Shown here: positions 62,394-64,000 of the stretch, piece after piece
Layout of the letters: every line of letters starts with the position of its first letter
How positions within the stretch are numbered: position 1 is the first letter of the stretch
Origin: Longimicrobiales bacterium
Lineage (GTDB): Bacteria > Gemmatimonadota > Gemmatimonadetes > Longimicrobiales > Gaopeijiaceae
Reading direction: 5' to 3'
Assembly (NCBI GenBank): GCA_965215925.1
Contig: CBDCEQ010000003.1
Location: 288,368 to 352,367 of the forward strand
Length of the DNA stretch: 64,000 nt
Translations under genes and position numbers: made by a program
Notes under the pieces: generated by a model
Seen by the model: only the letters and a program-made list of their open reading frames with translations
Told to the model about the DNA's origin: nothing
Databases searched by the model: none

Positions 62394-64000
62394 ATGCGTA
62401 CATCAGCGTCCCCGGTCCTGGTTGCAACCGGTGTTTTCCTTGCTCTTGCACCCACATCGGGCGTAGGACAAGACCTCGGTGTGCGGTTCCATCCCACAGA
62501 CTGGGGAGTCGGGAGCGCCGCGGACCTTCAGTATGGAATGATGTCTCTGGCCCTCGAGGAGGGCGAGACTCGACTCTCCGTGTATGAGCTGGATCGGCGA
62601 TGGTCTCCCCCCCAGCTTCCAGCCGATGATGTCCGCAGATTCAAGCCGCGGCCCTCAGCGGGTTCTCTGCTCATTTCCCGGTTCCTTAGCGGGAATCGCA
62701 ATGCGCTTGAGGGATCGTTCAGCGCTTTTTCCAGCACGCCAGGTGGTGGCAGGGCGACGCTAGCCACGGCTGAAGACGGGAACCGAGCCCTGCGGGTCGA
62801 GTGCTTGAGCGTTGACGTCGGTTTTTGCGGTGCATGGGTCCACCTGTTTGATTCACGAAGGATACCCGAGGAACGGGAGTTCCTGGACGCGCGCCTATTC
62901 TCGGCCCTTACGTTTCTCGTGTGGACCGACCGAGCTGACGACGAATGGGTGTTAAAGATTGCGGATGCGGTGTGGGAGGCTCGGGAAGACGCCCCGTCCG
63001 CCGGTATGCTTCACGAATTCGTCGAATCTGGCCAATTGGGGCCCAGGTGGCAGCGCGTTACGCTCCCTCTGGACCGCCTTCATTGGTCGGTTGATCGCTC
63101 TGCATTGGCTTCGGTCATTCTCCAGAGCGTCACTGCAGGCCCGACCCGCATTCTCTTGCGAGACCTGATTCTAGTTGCTGATCCACGCGCATCCTTCTCC
63201 GGCCTCCCGGAGGGTAACCTCATTAGCGAGGCCGAGCGAAGTCTTGAAAGAGAGGTGGCAGTGTGGGTTTGGAATACAAACGAGCTGATCCGGGATCGCG
63301 CTGAGGCTCGAGCGTCCATCGATTTCCTGCGGAAGCAGGGCGTTGGTGTCGCGTTCCTTCAGATCCCGGATGGACTGGAGCAGAGACGGGGTCCGGGCGA
63401 GCGGTCCATCGAGACTGACCAGCTGCGCCCGCTGATATCTGCGTTGAGTGCTGCAGGGATCCGCACCTATGCTCTGGATGGGGCCCCGTGGTTCGCCAAG
63501 CCGGACCACCACGACGGGGTCGTCCAAACTGTGCGAAATGTTGTTGCCTACAACGCCGCGGTGTCTCCGGAAGAGCGGTTCTACGGGGTGCGGTACGACG
63601 TTGAGCCCTATCTCCTACCAGGGTTCCACGGACCTCGAAGGGATCAGATACTGGAGGACCTCCTGACCCTGACCGAGAGGATCACGGAGGTCGCCCACGA
63701 GGCTGATCTCGTCGTCGGTCTTGATATTCCGTTTTGGTACGACGCGCCGAACGAACGCAGCTTCTCGAAGGTCGAGGTCGAGTGGAACGGAGCGCTTCGA
63801 CCGGCGAGCCACCATCTCATTGATCTGGTCGATGACGTGTCTGTCATGGCTTATCGCACCATGGCCTACGGTGCCGACGGCACGATCACGCACTCCGAGG
63901 ACGAACTCCGTTTCGCCGCGTCGCATGGCAAGACCGTTTTCCTCGGCCTCGAGACCGGCCCGCTCCCGGACGAGGTCCTGCTAGAGTTCTGGGGCGCTCC
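62394..64000 (+). CDS. secreted hypothetical protein, possible glycoside-hydrolase-like TIM barrel (3' end outside window)
   Basis: Frame 3 is open from ATG 62394 to the window end (535+ codons) and is absent from the supplied ORF track because it has no stop. Signal MRTSASPVLVATGVFLALAPTSGVG. Later motifs include VWVWNT, YGVRYDVEPY, GLDIPFWYD and VSVMAYR. Confidence 0.55.
   Translation, partial: MRTSASPVLVATGVFLALAPTSGVGQDLGVRFHPTDWGVGSAADLQYGMMSLALEEGETRLSVYELDRRWSPPQLPADDVRRFKPRPSAGSLLISRFLSGNRNALEGSFSAFSSTPGGGRATLATAEDGNRALRVECLSVDVGFCGAWVHLFDSRRIPEEREFLDARLFSALTFLVWTDRADDEWVLKIADAVWEAREDAPSAGMLHEFVESGQLGPRWQRVTLPLDRLHWSVDRSALASVILQSVTAGPTRILLRDLILVADPRASFSGLPEGNLISEAERSLEREVAVWVWNTNELIRDRAEARASIDFLRKQGVGVAFLQIPDGLEQRRGPGERSIETDQLRPLISALSAAGIRTYALDGAPWFAKPDHHDGVVQTVRNVVAYNAAVSPEERFYGVRYDVEPYLLPGFHGPRRDQILEDLLTLTERITEVAHEADLVVGLDIPFWYDAPNERSFSKVEVEWNGALRPASHHLIDLVDDVSVMAYRTMAYGADGTITHSEDELRFAASHGKTVFLGLETGPLPDEVLLEFWGA

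Noticed and set aside
1-64000. tRNA, rRNA, riboswitch, CRISPR, retron/DGR or toxin-antitoxin modules.
   Set aside because: By eye I found no cloverleaf-like or rRNA-like segments, no direct-repeat/spacer arrays, no reverse transcriptase, and no small paired ORFs with TA-like features. A covariance-model scan (tRNAscan-SE, Infernal) would be needed to exclude small RNAs formally.

Overview
A 64 kb GC-rich bacterial chromosomal segment. The protein repertoire resembles Gemmatimonadota/Acidobacteriota-type genomes, but this cannot be confirmed without a database search. I found no rRNA, tRNA or CRISPR array.

Coding content is dominated by enzymes carrying Sec, Tat or lipoprotein signals:
- three PQQ-dependent dehydrogenase paralogs
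- four cupin or bicupin proteins
- a phosphotriesterase-family hydrolase
- NHL and YVTN beta-propellers
- an MmgE/PrpD protein with a Tat signal
- creatininase-, cyclase- and amidohydrolase-family proteins
- a DUF1080 protein
- a CxxCH plus PHM/DBH-like copper monooxygenase

Housekeeping-type genes are also present: a PrpE-like acyl-CoA synthetase, FabH, a NUDIX hydrolase, a DAACS symporter and an HhH-GPD glycosylase.

Two themes stand out.

1. Mobile DNA. There are six IS elements or derivatives from three families, about 7.2 kb or 11% of the window. They are two unrelated IS3-family elements, one 394-bp internally deleted IS3 derivative, two inverted IS256-family copies and one IS5/IS1182-type element. 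Most have ends and target duplications that can be read directly.

2. Gene decay. More than 20 loci are disrupted by IS insertion, IS-associated deletion, single-base frameshifts, in-frame TAG codons, or internal deletions that keep both gene ends.

The most unusual intact feature is a translationally coupled trio of PQQ dehydrogenase, Cys-rich zinc-ribbon ORF and lipoprotein. The lipoprotein's mature domain is a close paralog of the globular head of an orphan type IV pilin 6.4 kb away. A PAP2_C/FAAL-ACP-reductase/P450 lipid-type cluster has been destroyed by two IS3 elements.

Single-base frameshifts could be sequencing errors. The IS insertions and large deletions cannot.
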